64,000 bases of DNA from Hemiscyllium ocellatum (lineage: Eukaryota), in the NCBI RefSeq assembly GCF_020745735.1, contig NC_083412.1, forward strand, positions 74,366,320 through 74,430,319, read 5' to 3'. Positions 50,561-63,010 of this stretch are shown here, piece after piece. Each line of letters starts with the position of its first letter. Position 1 is the stretch's first letter. The notes below the pieces were generated by a model. It was not told the DNA's origin. It was given only the letters and a program-made list of their open reading frames with translations, and did no database searches. A program made the translations under genes and the position numbers.

Positions 50561-51140
50561 CATAGGAATTGAATATAAAAATAGAAAAGTCTTGCAAAAA
50601 CTATACAAGGCACTATTTAGACCACAGCTGGAATGCTGTGAACAATTTGTTCCCTTTTTTAAGGAATTACATACTGATGTCGGAGACAGTCCAGAGAATT
50701 TTCACGAGGTTGATCCCAGGTATGGAGAAATTGCCTTAAGAGGAGAGGTTGAGTAGCTTAGTCTGTACTCATTTGAAGTGGGAAGAATGAGAATCAACCT
50801 TATTGAACCATGCAAGATCTTAGGAGACATTAACAGGGAAGGTGCAGTGTGATGGTTTCCCCTTGTAGGACAGTCTAAGACCAGAGGGCATAATCTCAGA
50901 ATAAAGGGTTGCCCAGCTAAAGCAGAAGTATGAAAGAATTTCCTCTCTGAGGGTAGTGAATCTGTAGCATTCTTTATGGAAGAGGGCTGTAGAGTTTGGG
51001 TTGCTGATGATATTCATTGCTGACATAGACAATTTTAATCAGTAGGAGAACCAAAAATTATGGGATAGGGCAGGAAAGGGGAGTACATGTTTATCAGATT
51101 AGCCACAGATTCCATGGCTTACTGCTGCTTCTCTGACTTT
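50560..51140 (+). mobile_element. CR1 LINE 3' fragment
   Basis: ctatacaaggcacta...agaccacagctggaa...tctaagaccagagggcataatctcagaat. Confidence 0.75.
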
Positions 51141-51327
51141 GAGAGCAATTCTAGTCCTTACATTGCAATTCTGGTAGAGATCAACAAACTTAACCAATTC
51201 AAAGATTGAAACGAAAATCTTGCTCATTTGTGTTGGCTACTTTGGTGTAAACAAGCTGTGTTCACAGAATCACAGAATTAACATAGGTTAGAGGCGGCCA
51301 TTCATTCTCATCTCTGATTATGTGCTT

Positions 51328-51552
51328 AGAGTCATAGAGATGTACAGTATGGAAACAAATCCTTTTGTCCAACCCATCCATGCCGACCAGATATCCCAAC
51401 CCAATCTAGTCCCACCTGCCAGCATCCGGCCCATATCCCTCCAAACCCTTCCTATTCATATATTCATCCAAATGTCTCTTAAATCTTGCAATTGTACCAA
51501 CTTCCGCCACTTCCTCTGGCAGCTCATTCCATACACATACCACCCTCTGCAT
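51328..51552 (-). mobile_element. HER1-type CR1 3' end
   Basis: Closely similar to 33969-34200 (agagtcatagagatgtacag...). Confidence 0.85.
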
Positions 51553-54500
51553 GATTAAGATACTTTGTCAATCAATGTCCTTTATCTGTGAATCTTGGCT
51601 TTGATCATGTATTTAACATACTATCATGTAATTAATATGTTACCTTCTCAAAGTCAAATAGGTATGGGCAATAAATGTTGGGAGAAAGTGAGGACTAAAT
51701 GTTAGCCCAGCTGACAATGTTCACTTCTTATGAATGAATAAACAAAAGATGAGGGGGTGGAAATGAGGCAGACGATTTGGTCAAACCTGGATTCAAACTT
51801 CTCAAGGGGGTACCATTAGGCAGTTGAGTTGCCCAAAATAAGGCATGTCCAATAAACTTCAATTTGCATGCTTTTGATCGTCATGACCAAGATACTATAT
51901 TTGTATGACCAAGCAAAATGCTTCGCCTTTAGCAAGCAGAACATATTTCATTCCTGCATGAATCATTTTTAATTTACTGGGACCCTCCCCACTTTCATCC
52001 TTCCACTCTTTCACACTCTCAGACCAGCAGTGAAGAAATCTACTTGTGGTTTTCCTGTACAACTGTGTCAAGTGTTTCAATTAAAATTGGGCACAGAGTT
52101 ATTATTCCACAATCAATCCAATAGGCTAAATTAATCCAGAGGTTACAGGCACAGCAGACAAAAGTATGGAAGAAAGTTATCACATGCAAACTCTGCAGAT
52201 GAAAGTAGTTGTTGGCATTTTTGGGGTATGACTTAGTCCCTGACCAGGCTCAGGTGTAAATATTAACTCTATTTATTATTATCTCCCCATTAAAACTTTA
52301 CAGTGGTATCTCAGTGATTGCCTAAACTCAACTAGAGCCATTGTGTTTATTTTTATTGTCTAAATACGTTTTGGTCTTTCAGGCATGAAACTCATAAAAG
52401 GCAGTTATGAAATCAACTTACTCCATAAAAGAAGGTTTCATTACCCTTGAAGTGATTGCTTGGCTGACAGAAATCGCAGTTTAGCATACCAGAGTCTCTG
52501 GCTGGCATATTGCTTCTGAATTATTCTGCTGCCCTTCCTGAAATGACATGTTCTGAATGCGAATCCAATTACTACTGAAGTCATGTAATTTAGCTGCAGT
52601 TGGCTAAACTGTTTAATAAATGTAGCTTTGGAGGGGGCAAGGGGCAGAGCTTTTGATTTGTGTAGTAATTAGGGGGATAAGGTCAAGTGTAATAGAATCG
52701 GCTGGCACAGAGTGGAAACTAATGTGACTTCCCTTCTGTTGTGGAGAGGGATGCTATCAACAGATCCGCACTTTCATTCCAATTAATGTTGTTGTTGATA
52801 AGATAATATGTAGAAAAGAAGAGTTCCACGATGGCTTTGATTGATTGAGTGATTAGTAATTCCATCCCACTGGGTTGTAGAAAGAAATTGTCATTTCACG
52901 TTAGTTGCGGAATACAAAATCACCGATCAGCTAAGTGAAATGCTCACATGTTTGTATGCATTTGACACAGAGCTTGAGTCTGTAATCAAGATGTAGACAG
53001 GATACATACAACATCTTGGGACTAGCTGGAAACAATATCAATTAACCACGCACAGTAACTATTTGTAAAGCTACCCTTGTCTTTCCAAGGCCATAAGTAG
53101 ATTTATTTTTCCAAAAGAACTTGCAGAATACTTTCTTAATTAATCATGTTGGAGTAATTTTGCAATTAAGTTTTTTTTTAAAGAAATTATAAAACTGGTA
53201 TATTTGAACTGTGACTTTTGAAACTCTTGGTCAAATTCCAATAAATGTATGAAACATTTGAACCATTGTGCTGAGTCATATGATATTTCAGCTAGTGCTA
53301 ATTTTGCCAGCGTTTCTCTCTGTGAGGCCTAGCGAGATTAATTGTATTATCTAAGACTTGCCTTATTAACTGCCATGGTTACATGGCATCTCTCTCCTCT
53401 GATGCTCGACCAGATCTACCACTTGGTGTAGTTGCAAGAAATTACCCAGATTTCCCAGAATAGATCAGGATCCTTGCAGCCAGAATTCATCTTTAAAACA
53501 CCACTGCCCACTCGGCCAAGTGCAAGCAGAGCAGACGTATCCTGCATGGTTCTTCACCTTTTCCTCGGGCATGGCACATTGGGGAAAAACAGTGAATTGC
53601 TTTACAGACGGGTACCTGGATTTCCTGGTTGATCAGCGGTGAGGTGTCCTTTTACCCCAGAACTGACAGAGAAAGCCTGTTCTGAGATCGTCACTCAGTC
53701 ACTTTTGTCTCACAGTCTGGAGGAATGGCGCCGCAAGAGTACTGTCAGGTTGGCAATTATTGGATATCAAGATCCATGGAAGGAGGGTGTGGTGTGGATG
53801 CTGTTCTGAAATACTGTTGGCGGGTGTCTGAGAGGGCAGCCTGGATATGAAGGCAACGTGCTGAAGTAACCAGCTACTTATTCTGACTTTCTTGTCAGAA
53901 ATTGTTGACATCCAGTTTCCTTGTGGCCAGGGGTAAAATAGGAACCTGTATGTTAATGGAATGAGCTTTGTTAATGAGGCTGTTAACAATAAACCTAAAA
54001 ATCATCCCGTTGTACCTCAGCAAGAGTCTTGTCTTCATGCCAGGAATTTTGTTTGAAAATGCATCTAGTTGCTTCCAACATCACAAAAAGCCTCACCTGA
54101 CTTCATGTGATTCTCCCACATTTCTCCTAATAGCCCACATCATTCAGGCCCCTGTAAGATTCCATCCACCTCCCTGCTCAACCTCTCCAGAAGTAAAATG
54201 ACTATTTGCATTAAAATATCTTGACAGATTTTCCATTTATTACAAATAGCTAACATTTTCAAGAAGGATGTTAGGAAATAAAGTCAAAACTATTCATATA
54301 TCCTAAGTTAATATTGCACTGGACCTCAAACTATATTAAGATTATTAAGAACATTAGTAGGATTCCAGCCCCATTCAATTAAGTCATGGTTAATCTGATT
54401 GTGACCTTAACTGCACTTTTCTCCTTGCCCGCTCCTTGACTCTTCTGCAGATCAAAAATCTGTCTAACTAAGTCTTGTATATAGTCAACCTTCCCACCCC

Positions 54501-54719
54501 CACTCCTCTGTGGGGCAGAGATTTTCACAGGCCAATAAGAAAACATTCTTGGAGAAAAGAGACTCTTCCTCAACTTCAAATTAAGTGGACGATTGAATAC
54601 TTTTAAAATGCACACCCTATTAACCATAATTATGTTATTTGCAACATTGAAAAAAACTGAATAATTATTAATTATAATAATATATTATCTAATTCAAAAT
54701 TGTAGAAACTGCAAAATCT

Positions 54720-54756
54720 TCACCTGATGAAAGAGCAGTGCTCCGAAAGCTTGTGA
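54720..54756 (+). ncRNA. Minimal hammerhead ribozyme motif
   Basis: UCAC-CUGAUGA-aaGAGC agu GCUCc-GAAA-GCUU-GUGA, with palindromic AAGCUU at stem III. Confidence 0.75.
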
Positions 54757-54842
54757 TTTCAAATAAACGTGTTGGACTATAACCTGGTGTTGTGTGACTT
54801 CTGACTTTGTCCACCCTTGTCCAAGACTGGCACCTCCACTTT
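54721..54842 (+). mobile_element. Neptune-type PLE terminal fragment starting at its hammerhead
   Basis: HHR followed by aaataaac..gttggactataacctggtgttgtgtga...ggcacctccac. TSD caaaatctt and caaagtctt (8/9). Confidence 0.78.
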
Positions 54843-55293
54843 CAAAGTCTTAGTAATTCTGTTTAATGCCTTTAAATCACACACCCAGGATAAATATTTT
54901 TACAGAGAAATGTACTCTTATTGAGTGTCATACTACAGTATTTCTTATCACCAATACTGGATTAATGGAATTGTTTAATACTAAGGAACAGAACTACCAG
55001 TCTGATTGTATTCTTCTCATAGTTTTAAGTTTATTGCTTATCCAAAAAGACAATAAAGTACATTTGCAATTAATCAAAACTGTGAATAAAAATAGATCTC
55101 ATACATACCTGTATCTTGACACCAAGTAACTTGAACACTGATCTCTTTTTTCCAAGTCTCAATTCATATCTAATTAATGCTTTGATGTGATATAAATAGA
55201 TAAACTTGGAGTTAGCTGGCTGATTTATTATGTGCTAAATGGACCATCATTCTGCAGACAGTGAAACTCCAGTAACATTCATAGATAATATAG

Positions 55294-55880
55294 TGTGATG
55301 ACATTGCAACTTTAAGAGTTTTAAGACAGAGGTACTGAGCTGCCTATTTGAATTCAGTAAAGTAAATAGGTTGCGACGCTTTGGTTTTTTTAAATGTTGG
55401 AACAATAGAAGCAGTCTGAAAGGGTGGAGTCAAGCTCCCCCAGTTCCAATATTTTTAGTTTTAGTTTTTCAGTAACATTGCTAGAGTCTTGAAGCTTGAT
55501 TTGGAAGCTGCAGTACATCTCGCCCTGCTGTTTTCTGTCTCTCAAAGTTTTCTCTTGATGTTTTCCTCATGGACTGGAGAATTACCTGTGAGGTTATCTA
55601 ATTTACTGAATTTGCCTTTGACAAAGGTGTGTTTAAGGGATGTTATTATATTAGAACAGTGTACTTATTAAATAATCGATTATTCTGTTAGGTTTTCCGA
55701 TAGAATTAAGTTATTCCATTTTGTCTTTCCTCTGTTGTATTTTAACTATAGTGTATGAATAAACTGTGTTTTGCTTCAATTCTGGTAGTTTGATCAATCA
55801 AATTCATTTTAAAATACAAAAAAAAAGGTCTAAGCTATCTTCATAATATATTTGAAGGGGTTTGGTTTGGTCTATTACCA
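55294..55880 (+). mobile_element. Possible solo LTR
   Basis: TGTGATG...TATTACCA termini, internal AATAAA (55758), and (a)tag repeated at both flanks. Confidence 0.4.
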
Positions 55881-56489
55881 TAGTAACGAAACTTCAATCT
55901 GACCTAGTTTATTTGATGACATATATTTTCTCATGGTAATCACAGGTATCAGACAGTAACCATTATCCATCCAAAATTCATAATATTGTACGAGTCATAA
56001 ATTGCTAGAACCTCAGATAATCCCAAATAGATATTCAAATTTCTCATACCTGAAAAAACAGACAAAGCATTCTTAAATTGTTACAATAAAACTGAAAATC
56101 CCCAATAAACATAATAATAACACAGCGCCTAAAGACCTGAAACTGGATATATGGCTTATTCCCATCTGTCACTAAAAGTTGATTAAAAAATTTGCCACAT
56201 CATTTAAAACATCCAGCAAATTATGTGTATCATTATTTCTTGATCTCCTCAATTGTGATAATAACACAAGAATCCGAACATGAACTAACCCAGCTCAATT
56301 AAAAAAAAGAGAAATTCTGAACTTCTATGAAAGATTTAAAAAGAATAGAGAGCTTTTGGTGAGGCCTAATTGACTGAAGATCAGAGCAGAGCCTGAACAT
56401 AAATTTCTGGCACAGTTCTGTTATGTTGTCTGACACAATTTATTTATATGCTGTTGCTACATCCCAAACTATTTCAATGGAGCTTTCAA

Positions 56490-56790
56490 TTTTTAATTCT
56501 GAGTGCTGGATTCTATCTTAGCCCCATTCTGGGATAAGCCAATAGCCTAGGCTGACACTCTGCTCTGGTGCTGAAGGAGTCAGATATTACCAGAGATGCT
56601 GACCTTTTGTAATATGAGATCCCCTGTGTAAGATTCAGGTAGCTATTGAAGACCTTACTTCATTCAACACTATCTGACACAGATCATCTTGTCATCAGGC
56701 ATTATACACATATTTCAATAATTATTGCACTTCAGAACAATTTATTGTATGTGAAAGCTTTGAGATATCTCTTCAAGTATTTCTTCATAA
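56490..56790 (+). mobile_element. Decayed DeuSINE (SacSINE1/AmnSINE1-like)
   Basis: taggctgacactc...ctgaaggagt, acagatcatct.gtcat and cacttca...tgtgaaagctttgaga segments. Confidence 0.5.
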
Positions 56791-59700
56791 ATTGAGCTCA
56801 AACTTTTATTGGAACAAAAAGAAATGCACAATGCTTATTCCTTTCGAATTAATAACTATCTAACAGAAAAAACACCATGGGAACAAATACCTTAACAATG
56901 CAGTTTCTGGGAATGCAGTTTTGTTAATGTGTGATTAATTATGAGTGGAAAGTCTTTCTTTCCTTTTGTTAAAATAGGAAATGCATCACCATGATATACT
57001 AACACATTAAAACCAAACTCAAATCTTCCATTTTCAACCTTCTGATTTATTTTGACTCAATGTCTGTCAAAAGCACTAAATTTTAATGCTCTGTTGTAGT
57101 CAAAATAGTCTCACAGCAGAAACATCAATCTACCATTCAAAGTATCCATGCAGGAAAGGAAAAAAAAAATGAAGCAATCTTCTTGTCAGAGTGCTTCATT
57201 TATATTGCTAACTCTGACAAAATTGTATTCAGTTGAGAAGAGGATGACCTGAACTCAAAGTGACTCGCTAGGATTTATAACGAGGGCTATTCTGAGTCAG
57301 TTCATGCACTGCGAGCCATCAAATGACACTGACTTTGAGGTTTATTACTAAAGTTCATAGGAATTCCAATACAAGAATGCTTGATCGTCTGTTTTATAGA
57401 CAGTGTCAGTGCAAGTGGTGGGAGTTTGTGTTCTTTACTCATTTTAATTGAATACTGAAATGCTTTTACAAATGTAATTTACGCACGTTTAAGAGTTGAT
57501 TTACTCTCCTAGTTTCTTTGCTCATTTCTTTGTTGAGAAATGGGAATGAAACAGAATTGATTGGCACGGTGGTGAACATGTGTTTTATTTTGGAGTTTAG
57601 CCCACAACCCAACTGGATCGGCTTCACCTTGGGGGTATTCCCTGACTCTACTGAGAATTCTGCAAGGTGCACCTCTCAAAATACCTCAAAATTGGCTTCC
57701 ACGTTGTTTTGTGCTGCAAGTGGTCTATGTACACAATTGAAGATTTCAGGACTGGATCGAATAATTGAGGTTCTATTTTTGGCCCCTTGTTCTAAAATAC
57801 CAACGGTAATAGTGGTTACATATGGGAATGATTTCTTTCCTGGGATTTTGGCTACTGTCACCTAAATGCCAAGGACACATCTGGAATTTCTGCTCACAAT
57901 CTTTTACAGAACAGAAACACTGTCATGTTTATTCTGCTTGGTGGTTGTGGAAAATAGAGCTTCCAATAGCCATGGGGTGGGTAAGTAATTGGGCCATTGT
58001 TTGTAAACACACTCTTATTATGTTAAAGCAATTACACATCATTGCACGAACTTAGACTGGGTATTTTAAAGGAACATCTCTGTGAAGCACTGAATAATAT
58101 AAAAACGTTTGCATGTTGAAATGAGGAAGCTCACCTCGGCATATCTACTCAGAATGAAACAAATGTAGTCCCATCCTCCACACTGACCAACTGGCTGTGA
58201 AACAGCTTGCCAGATGACTGCTACTGTGGAGAGGCTTACTGCCCACGGCTGCACAGTGTTGATGGATGGAAGTGAGATGTTGCTGTGCACAGAATTGTTA
58301 CCACATTTAGTTTACATAAGAGTAGTCACAGCAGTTGTTGAGTAATTCACTATTTGATTGCCATTCACTAACCTCTTTTCCCTTCACTAAATGCTTGGTG
58401 CATGATGACACGCAAACGCTCTCTTCCTGAATCCATTATTGGAAAGCATAAACATTGTTCCAGTAGGCCTCAGTGAAAGCATTTGCTTTCCCAAACTGCA
58501 GTAACAGAACACAACATATCAAGGATCAACTTTTATTTTTGTCGTGCCTCATAATTACGTGTAACTGGAGAGAAACAAATCCAAAATATCATAGTTTGTT
58601 TCCTAAAACATGCATGTTGCAAATATTTAAAAGTGTCTTAATGGGACAGGGATCTGCCAATACATATACGTATGATAAATCTGATTGTGTCCATTCTCCT
58701 TCATAATGTTAACTATTTGTTGTTCTCGTCAAGAAGAGTATGTATCGTATCAGGTTTAGCCTTTTGGATTACATCCATTCCCCCCAGAATTTTATATACA
58801 AACAGTGATAGACTTATTTAGACTTGACTAAAGAGGAGTCATTACAAGCTGTATTTCCAACTTTGGAGCATGTCAGAATAGTGCCACGTATTACAGTAGA
58901 ACTAAAACAGTAATATGCCATTGCTAGTGGCTATCGCAGTAATTATGGCTTAAAGAATCATGCTTCAATTCCACACCACTGGAGGGGTTATCTGTAATAT
59001 GAATCAATCTATAATATCAATCAATTTTCAGTGCACAAATATATCAACCAGGTGAATGTTGCTTTATTTCCTATAGAGCCAGAAGCTTTGACACTTTTAA
59101 AATTGACATTCAGCAACAGCATCTGCCAGATAACACACTTTACTTCAAATGACAAAATTCAAAGCACTAATGTTGCATCTGTGTTTCTGAAATGCAAGGA
59201 TTCATCTTTTACTGGACTGAATGACTACAAATGACTGCTTCCCAATGTGCAGCCATGAATAGAATAGTAATTTAGAGAATAGTAATTTATTGTCACTTGT
59301 ATTTTTACAAAAAATACAGTCAAAAGTGCTTAAGTCGCTACATGCCAAAAATAACAAAATTCACTTGTAAAAACATTAAGACATTAGAAATGGGTATAAT
59401 GTAGCGATGGGTTTGAAGAACTCAAATGATGTGGCAGCTTGTCTCATTTTAAGGTTGTCCTTGGGAAGAAAGTTTGTTGATACATTATTGGAAACAATTG
59501 CTCTTTGTAGATTGTGTGGATGACTACATCAAACTCTGTCATTACAGGGGAAGGGATGGAGGGAACACTGCAAATAGTTATTTCTGTCAATTTCTATCAA
59601 TGCATTCCATATTTTCTATTTTCCTCCCTCCTTTGAATTCTTATTTCAAATCTTTGATCAAGGATTTGACACTGGATGAATGTGCACTGGAGCCAAAAAT

Positions 59701-59989
59701 GCTAACTCTTCTTTCTCTCCAAATGTGCTGTCAGACCTGCTGAGTTTATCCAGCAATTTCTGTTTATCTTTCTGATTTATGTAGAATCATTTGCCTTTTA
59801 GATGACTTTATTGTTATTTTTATGTATGGGAAGAAATACACTGGATATATGAAGCAGACACAAGGCATAGCAGTGGCACACTATCGTACTGAATGACACT
59901 CCAGTGGCCTCATAAACTACTCCTGCTCTTAGTTTCTATGATGGCAAATCTCCAGGCAAGCAATCTTTGAGAGAGGGACAGAACTGGCA

Positions 59990-62646
59990 GCTCAGTTTTC
60001 CAAGGCATATGATCTGTAGGTTAGATGAAGAGATGAGGTTTATAAAAGAGGAGGTGATGATGCAATATTGATCAAGGAGCCAGTTACTACAGGATAGAGG
60101 GATGATATCTGAGAAGATTCCTCAAATGAGGCCATATAGAGAGAATGTAAAACTAAAAAGGGGCAATCAGTTTGCTGGGGTACACTACAGATCAGGGAGA
60201 GATAGAAAGACAGATACATTGGTAAAACTCAAAGAAATGTAAAAATAATAGAGTAATAATTGGGGATTTCAGCCTCCCTAATATCAATTGAGATGGACAA
60301 AATGTGAAAGGCTCAGAGGAGATAAAATTCTTAAAAGTCCAGGAGAGCTCGTTAAGCCTGCACATAGAAAGTCTTACACGAGAAGGGAGCAGGGCCAAAC
60401 CTTATTTTATGGAACAAAACCAGGCAAGTGTTAGATGTGGCAGTGGGGGAATCATTGAGTTATAGTAACTCAGTAAAATTTAAGTTAGTTATGAGCAAAG
60501 ATGAATTGGAAATCAAGGTTTGGGGAAAGGCTAATATTAATAAGATAAGCTAGTATCTGACCAAAATGGATGGAGCAACTACTTGCAGGAAAATTCAAAT
60601 CAGAACAATGGGAGGCACACAAAAGGGCAATAATGAGAGTGGATAAAATGTGGAGCTGGAAAAACCACGGCAGGTCAAGCAGCATCAGAAGAGCAGTGGC
60701 TGGACCCTTCATCAGGAGAGTGTCAGGTCAACATGTTTCACAAGGCAAAGGGTGAGACCAACAACTGCAGAGAACCCTGGATGTCAAGGGATATACAGGA
60801 TTGGGTAAGAAAAGAAGCTGATGGTACATGCTGAAGTCTCAAAAAGAACCTGAAGGAGCACAGAAAATGCAGGGAATTGCTTAAGAAATAAATTAGGAGA
60901 GCAAAGAGGGTGACATGAAAATCATTGGCAGGTAATATTAAGGAAAGTCCAAAGGTGTTGTACAAGTAAATTAGGGAGAAGAGAATAATCCCGGAAGAAT
61001 AGGGCCTTTTAAGGAGCAAAGTGGCAATATGAATGTCATGCTGGAAGACAAAGCTGAAATTATAAATAACTTTGCATGTGTATTCACTATAGAGAAGTAT
61101 GATGTGGGTCTAGAAATCTGGGAGGTGGACTGTGAACAAATTAGCAAATGTGATATATCCAAGGCTAGTGAGGGAGGAAAAGGAGGAGATTGCAGGTGCT
61201 CTGACATAAATCTTCAAATTTTCTCAGGCCACAGGAGGAATGCCAGAGGATTGGAGGATACCTAATATGGTATCATTATGTAAGACTGTAGTAGGGAAAA
61301 ACTAGGAAACTATAGCTCAGTGAGTTCAAAATTAGCATTCTGAGACACAAAATTAATCTCCACTTTGAGAGGTGAGGATTAATCAAGAATAGTCAGCTTA
61401 TCTTTGTAAGAGTGACGAGATCATGTTTAAGAAATTTGATTGATTTTTCAATGAGGGTGACTAGGTGTGTAGGGGAGGGCAGTGCATTTGCTATAGTTTG
61501 CATGGACTTCAATAAGGCTTTGACAAGATGTTGCATGGCAGACAGATTAACTAGCTAAGAATTCAGTGATCCAAGGGAATTTGTCAAATTGGATCTAAAA
61601 TTGGCTTAGTGGCAGGAATTAGAAGGTGCTGTTTGAAGGTTGTGACTGAAAGACTGTGTCCAATGGTGTACCACACGGTTTGAGCAGGTCCTTTGCTGTA
61701 TGTTGTGTATATTAATGACCCGTACATGAATGTAGGAAGTATGATCAGCAAGTTCACGAAGGATACGGAAATAGTTGGTGTGGAAAATAACAAGGAGAGA
61801 AGCTTTAGACTACAATATGACATAGATAGACTGAACAGTGGCAAATTGAACTTAATTCTGAAACATGTGAGGTGAAGCATTTTGGTAGGACGAACAAAAC
61901 AGGGAGCACACATGGAAAGATAGGACGCTAGGAAATACAGAGTGTCAGAGGGAGCTTGGTGTGCACATGCACAGATCCTTGAAAACGTCAGGATAAGTAG
62001 ATAAGGTGGTTACAAAGGCATAATGGATATTTGCCTCTATTAGGGAAAGCACTGAAAACAGTGTAATGCAAGAGCTATACATAGTGCGAAGTGACCACAG
62101 TTGGAGTACTTTGCACAGTCCTGGTAATCACACTCTGAGGGGAATGTGTGAGCTAGAGAGGGTGCAGAGAAGATTCACCAGGATGTTGCATGTGCTGGAA
62201 TGAATCAGCTATGTGAAGCGAGACTGGGTAGGCTGGGGTTGTATTCCTTAGAGCAGAGAAGGCTAAGAAGGAACCTGATTGAATTATATGAAGTCTCAAG
62301 GGGCACATGCAGGGTAGATAGGGAAAGATATCCTTTCTTTTTAATAGAGGAATCAATAACCAGGGCACAGTTTTAAGGTAAGGAGCAGAAGATTTGAGAG
62401 AATTTCTTTTTCACTAGAGGATTATGGGTATCTGAACTCACTACCTAAAAAGATAATCATGGTAGGAATCCTCAAGACCTTTAAGAACTACTTAGATGGG
62501 TGCTTGTCACACCATGGCATACACATCGTCGTACTAAGTTCTGGAAAGTGAGATTAGAAAAGAGAGATGTTTGATGACTAGCTTGGACAGATTGGACTGA
62601 AAGACCTCTAGCCATGCTGTAAAAACTCTCTAACTCTGTGACTCTA
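59990..62646 (+). mobile_element. Long old CR1 LINE (APE endonuclease through RT and 3' tail), heavily decayed, with a Neptune pLTR fragment inserted at ~60642-60715
   Basis: IIGDFSLPNIN at ~60255, MDFNKA-FDK at ~61502, YINDP.M...SMISKFTKDT (ORF 61693..61875) and ctctgtgactcta tail. Confidence 0.85.
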
Positions 62647-62727
62647 GAGCAGGTTCTGTCAAGTGTGTGTTCCTGACTTCATTTAAGGATGAATATGGGG
62701 TTCTATTTTGAGCTCTTCGGTATTGTC

Positions 62728-63010
62728 TGTGGTTTAGTACTAACCCTCTTGCTGAGTCAAGTTCAAGTTTCAGTGCAGAGCACAAAGTCTAAGCTAAAGT
62801 TATCTTAAGGGATAAGATATGCTTTTGGAGGTTTGTCTTCAGGGTATAATGTTCAACTGATGCCCTATCTAGCCTATTGAGTGATTATCATTTTGAAAAT
62901 TAACAGGTAAATTTTCCTTTAATATCTTGGCCAATATTTGTGCCTTAACCCACATTACTAAAATACATTTTCTAGCCATTGTCATCTTGCTGCTTTTGGA
63001 GCCATGTATG
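62728..63010 (+). mobile_element. Decayed DeuSINE
   Basis: tcttggccaatatttgtgccttaacccacattactaaaatacattttctagccattgtcatcttgctg matches the Deu-domain as I recall it. Confidence 0.55.

Noticed and set aside
57466-57861. Selenoprotein or read-through interpretation of the single in-frame TGA at 57676-57678
   Set aside because: There is no redox-motif context or recognisable SECIS, and the stop lies just past a plausible splice donor.
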